A stretch of 64,000 nucleotides of DNA from Myxococcota bacterium (GTDB taxonomy: Bacteria > Myxococcota_A > UBA9160 > UBA6930). The translations under genes were made by a program, and so were the position numbers. The stretch is from the NCBI GenBank assembly GCA_965223415.1, contig OZ245002.1, positions 5,152,001 to 5,216,000 on the forward strand. The letters run 5' to 3'. The notes beneath the pieces are model-generated. The model saw only the letters and a list, made by a program, of their open reading frames with translations, did not search any database and had not been told where the DNA came from. How positions within the stretch are numbered: position 1 is the stretch's first letter; every line of letters starts with the position of its first letter. Positions 61,324-64,000 of this stretch are shown in pieces.

Positions 61324-61355
61324 GTTAAGTCAGGGGCCGGTTCCGTTTGTTAAGT
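61324..61355. repeat. Single divergent REP-like unit between convergent argF and pyrD
   Basis: GTTAAGT-CA-GGGGCCGGTTCC-GTTT-GTTAAGT; AT-rich and with the same 7-2-12-4-7 spacing as the 13817 arm. Confidence 0.4.
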
Positions 61356-62423
61356 TGTCAGCGCGCGGGCGCAGGCGGCGGGGAAGGTGGGGCCGTGGTA
61401 GATCATGCCGGTGTAGACCTCGACCAGGTCGGCGCCGGCGCGCCGCAGGGCGGCGGCGTCCTCGGGGCGGTCGACGCCGCCCACGCCGACGAGGAGCTGG
61501 TCGTCCCGGCGCAGCTCGGCGAGCAAGCGCACGGCGGACTCGGCCAGGGGCAGGAGCGGCGCCCCGGACAGGCCGCCCGGGAGCTCCGGATCCGGACTCA
61601 GGGCCCGGGCGCGGGCCAGGCCGATCGACGTGTTCACGGCGACGAAGCCGTCGCAGGGGCCGGGGGCGCACAGGGGCTCGGCGCAGGGAGCGAGGCTCTC
61701 GGCGGTCCAGGGCTTCCCGTCCGCGTCCTCGGGCGGGAGCTTGACCAGGAGCTGCGTGCGGTGGAGCCGTTCCGCCGCCGCGTCCAGGACCGAGAGCTCC
61801 GCCGCGAGCGGCGCCACCAGCTCGTCCCGGAAGCCCGACCCGTAGAGCAGCTCGCGCAGGCCGCGGGTGTTGGGAGAGCTCAGGTTCACGACGAACAGGT
61901 CGCAGTGGGCGTGGAGCCCGCGGGCCAGCCGCGCCAGCTCGTCCCGAGCGCGCTCGAGGAAGTGCGGATCGCCGCCCGCGCCCTTCACCGTCCGCGGATG
62001 CGGCGCCACGTTGCACGCCACCACCATCCCGCTGCGATCCCGCGCCCGGAAGCGCGCCAGCCGCTCGGCAACCGCCGGAAGCCCCTCGCTGGTGAAGCCC
62101 AGCCGGTTCCACACCGCGCGTTCCCCTTCGATCCGGCCCATGCGTGGCCGGGGGTTGCCGGGCCAGGGCTCCGTCAGCACGGTGCCGACTTCGACGAAGC
62201 CCACGCCCATCCGCGCGATCCCCGACAGCACCGCGGCGTTCTTGTCGAAGCCCGCCGCGATGCCGACCCGGTTGCGAAAGCGGACCCCCCGCCAGGTGAA
62301 GGCGTCCTCCACCGGCGCGCCCCCCCACGGCACCGGCAGCGCGAGGGTCCAGTGCCCGAGCTGGTGCGCGAGTTCGGTGGGCAGTGCACGCACGCAGGGG
62401 AAGAGCCGCTCGTAGAGGGACAT
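61350..62423 (-). CDS. pyrD: Quinone-dependent dihydroorotate dehydrogenase
   Basis: GIAAGFDKNA, GNPRPR, NRLGF, NLSSPNTRGLR, GGLSG, GVGGV. Confidence 0.92.
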   Translation of the reverse strand: MSLYERLFPCVRALPTELAHQLGHWTLALPVPWGGAPVEDAFTWRGVRFRNRVGIAAGFDKNAAVLSGIARMGVGFVEVGTVLTEPWPGNPRPRMGRIEGERAVWNRLGFTSEGLPAVAERLARFRARDRSGMVVACNVAPHPRTVKGAGGDPHFLERARDELARLARGLHAHCDLFVVNLSSPNTRGLRELLYGSGFRDELVAPLAAELSVLDAAAERLHRTQLLVKLPPEDADGKPWTAESLAPCAEPLCAPGPCDGFVAVNTSIGLARARALSPDPELPGGLSGAPLLPLAESAVRLLAELRRDDQLLVGVGGVDRPEDAAALRRAGADLVEVYTGMIYHGPTFPAACARALTT

Positions 62424-62443
62424 GCGGGCGCGGAGGATAGCGG

Positions 62444-64000
62444 TCAGGCGGTCCGGGACAGGTCGCCCGGCGGGCCGGCGGCCGCCCGGGCCGCCTCGTA
62501 GAGGCGCCGCAGATCCGCTTCGAGCTGCTGGAGGGTCATGGCCTTGGCCGCGTCGCCACGGAACGAGAGCCGCCCCGCCATCGCCTCGTCCATCGCAGCG
62601 CGGCGGCCGGTGAACATGCCGTCCAGCACCTCGGCGCGCAGGCGCAGGGTCACCTCCGGATCGCCGTCCGGTGCCCCCCGTGCAGCGCTGGCGTCCTCCC
62701 GTAGGCGCAGGTGGAAGTCGAGGCCCAGGTCCTCGAGCACGAAGTAGAGGGTCACGTCCTGGCCGGCCGCGACCTCCCCGACCGCCGGGTCGCCCGCGAA
62801 GCCCGCGAGAAAGGCCTCGAGCACCGGGACGAGGCTGCGGGACAGCTCCTCGCGCAGGGCCGGGTCCACCGTCGTCGTCGCCGGGGCCGGTGCGGGCGCC
62901 GGAGGCCCCTTCCCCTTCTCCTCCTTCTTCTGGAGGTCCGTTACGGCCGGCGGCGGGCGATCCGCCAGAAAAGCCCGTGTCGCCGCATCGGGCTCGGCAC
63001 GGGGCGTCGCCCAGTCGAAGGCCATCGCCGTCTCCGGGTTCAGCGCGTGACGAGGCGCCTCGCCCTGCGCGAGACGTGCCAGATCCTCGCTCACGATGCG
63101 ACCCTGGTGGGCGCCGATCTGGTGGGTGTTGCCGCCGACGTGAGGCGTCGCGATCACGTTCGGGAGCGCCAGCAGGGGATGGTCCGCTCCCGGCGGCTCG
63201 ACGCTGAACACGTCCAGGGCCGCGCCGGCGAGACGCTCCTCCCGGAGGGCCCGGACCAGTGCGTCCTCGTCCACCAGGGCAGCTCGCGCCGTGTTGACGA
63301 GCGCCGCCGACGGCTTCATGCGAGCCAGCGCGTCCTCGCCGATCAGCCCCATCGAAGCCTCGGTCACTGCGGCGTGAAGGCTCACGAAGTCGCTCTCGGC
63401 GAGCAGCGTCTCCAGGGAGACCGGCTCGCCTCCGGCCCGAGCGATGACCGCCGGGTCCTGCCAGGGATCAAACACCCGCAGCCGCACGCCAAAGGGCCGC
63501 AAGCGCGCCGCGACCTTGCGACCGACGGCGCCGAGACCCACCAGGCCGACCGTGCGGCGCCACAGCTCGTCGCCGCGCAGCGTTCCGTAGGCCCGGCCCA
63601 TGGCGCCCATGTCTCCTGCGGCGACGGACGGATCGCGGAGGAAAGCCGTCGCCTCGGGCAGCTTGCGCGCCAGGGAGAGCAGGAAGGCCACGGTCAGATC
63701 CGCGACCGCATCCGCGTTGCGCCCGGGCGCGTTCAGCACCGGGATGCCCACCGCGCTGCACGCCTCCACGTCGACGTTCACCGCGTCGCCCCGGCAGCTC
63801 GCAACGACCCGCAGCCGCGGAAGCTCGGGGAGCGAGGCCCCATCGACCAGATCGATCTCGGTCACGAAGACGTCCACATCCGCCAACGCCTCGACGAGGG
63901 AGGCGCCGGTCAGCAGGCGGCGAGCCTCCCGGTAGCTCGCGTACTCCACCTGGCCCAGCTCACGGAGCGAAGCCAGCGCCTCGTCGTCCAGGTCGGCGGT
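62444..64000 (-). CDS. D-2-hydroxyacid dehydrogenase fused to a C-terminal SCP2-like domain (5' end beyond the window)
   Basis: NAPGRNADAVA, GLVGLGAVG, VNTARAALVDE, ALDVF..EPP, TPHVGG; C-terminus PEVTLRL..MFTG..AMAGRLSFRGD..AMTL; frame open to base 64000. Confidence 0.85.
   Translation of the reverse strand, partial: TADLDDEALASLRELGQVEYASYREARRLLTGASLVEALADVDVFVTEIDLVDGASLPELPRLRVVASCRGDAVNVDVEACSAVGIPVLNAPGRNADAVADLTVAFLLSLARKLPEATAFLRDPSVAAGDMGAMGRAYGTLRGDELWRRTVGLVGLGAVGRKVAARLRPFGVRLRVFDPWQDPAVIARAGGEPVSLETLLAESDFVSLHAAVTEASMGLIGEDALARMKPSAALVNTARAALVDEDALVRALREERLAGAALDVFSVEPPGADHPLLALPNVIATPHVGGNTHQIGAHQGRIVSEDLARLAQGEAPRHALNPETAMAFDWATPRAEPDAATRAFLADRPPPAVTDLQKKEEKGKGPPAPAPAPATTTVDPALREELSRSLVPVLEAFLAGFAGDPAVGEVAAGQDVTLYFVLEDLGLDFHLRLREDASAARGAPDGDPEVTLRLRAEVLDGMFTGRRAAMDEAMAGRLSFRGDAAKAMTLQQLEADLRRLYEAARAAAGPPGDLSRTA

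Overview
Very GC-rich bacterial chromosomal window (about 70% or more by eye, not computed). Gene content suggests Myxococcota or a related deltaproteobacterial lineage. It is mostly core genome: uvrC-uvrB-cysS-ispF-ispD, secF-secD-yajC-metK, lptC-lptA-lptB-rpoN-ptsN-hprK-rapZ-EIIA-ptsH, comEC, argF and pyrD. Lipid/aromatic catabolic, transport and c-di-GMP signalling genes are interspersed, and a tRNA-Glu is flanked by a possibly acquired PD40 beta-propeller gene. No CRISPR array, integrase or transposase is visible. The most novel signals are non-coding. (1) A family of post-stop-codon doublet hairpins has 35-37-bp arms, each arm being a variable, covarying mini-stem around an invariant GGGGACGTTCCT core (REP/REPIN-like). 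(2) An 85-bp CTAG-bounded MITE is present as one full and one partial copy. (3) Three independent 35-37-bp tandem duplications sit on stop/start gene junctions. (4) Many genes have a leaderless promoter layout. (5) Two candidate structured RNAs are present. Several proteins also have unusual architectures: an LptA fusion, a multicopper oxidase-beta-barrel fusion lacking a Cu ligand, a degenerate AAA+ ATPase, a dehydrogenase-SCP2 fusion, a CGxGxEL C-terminal sorting signal and a CAWC/HGICxxC microprotein.
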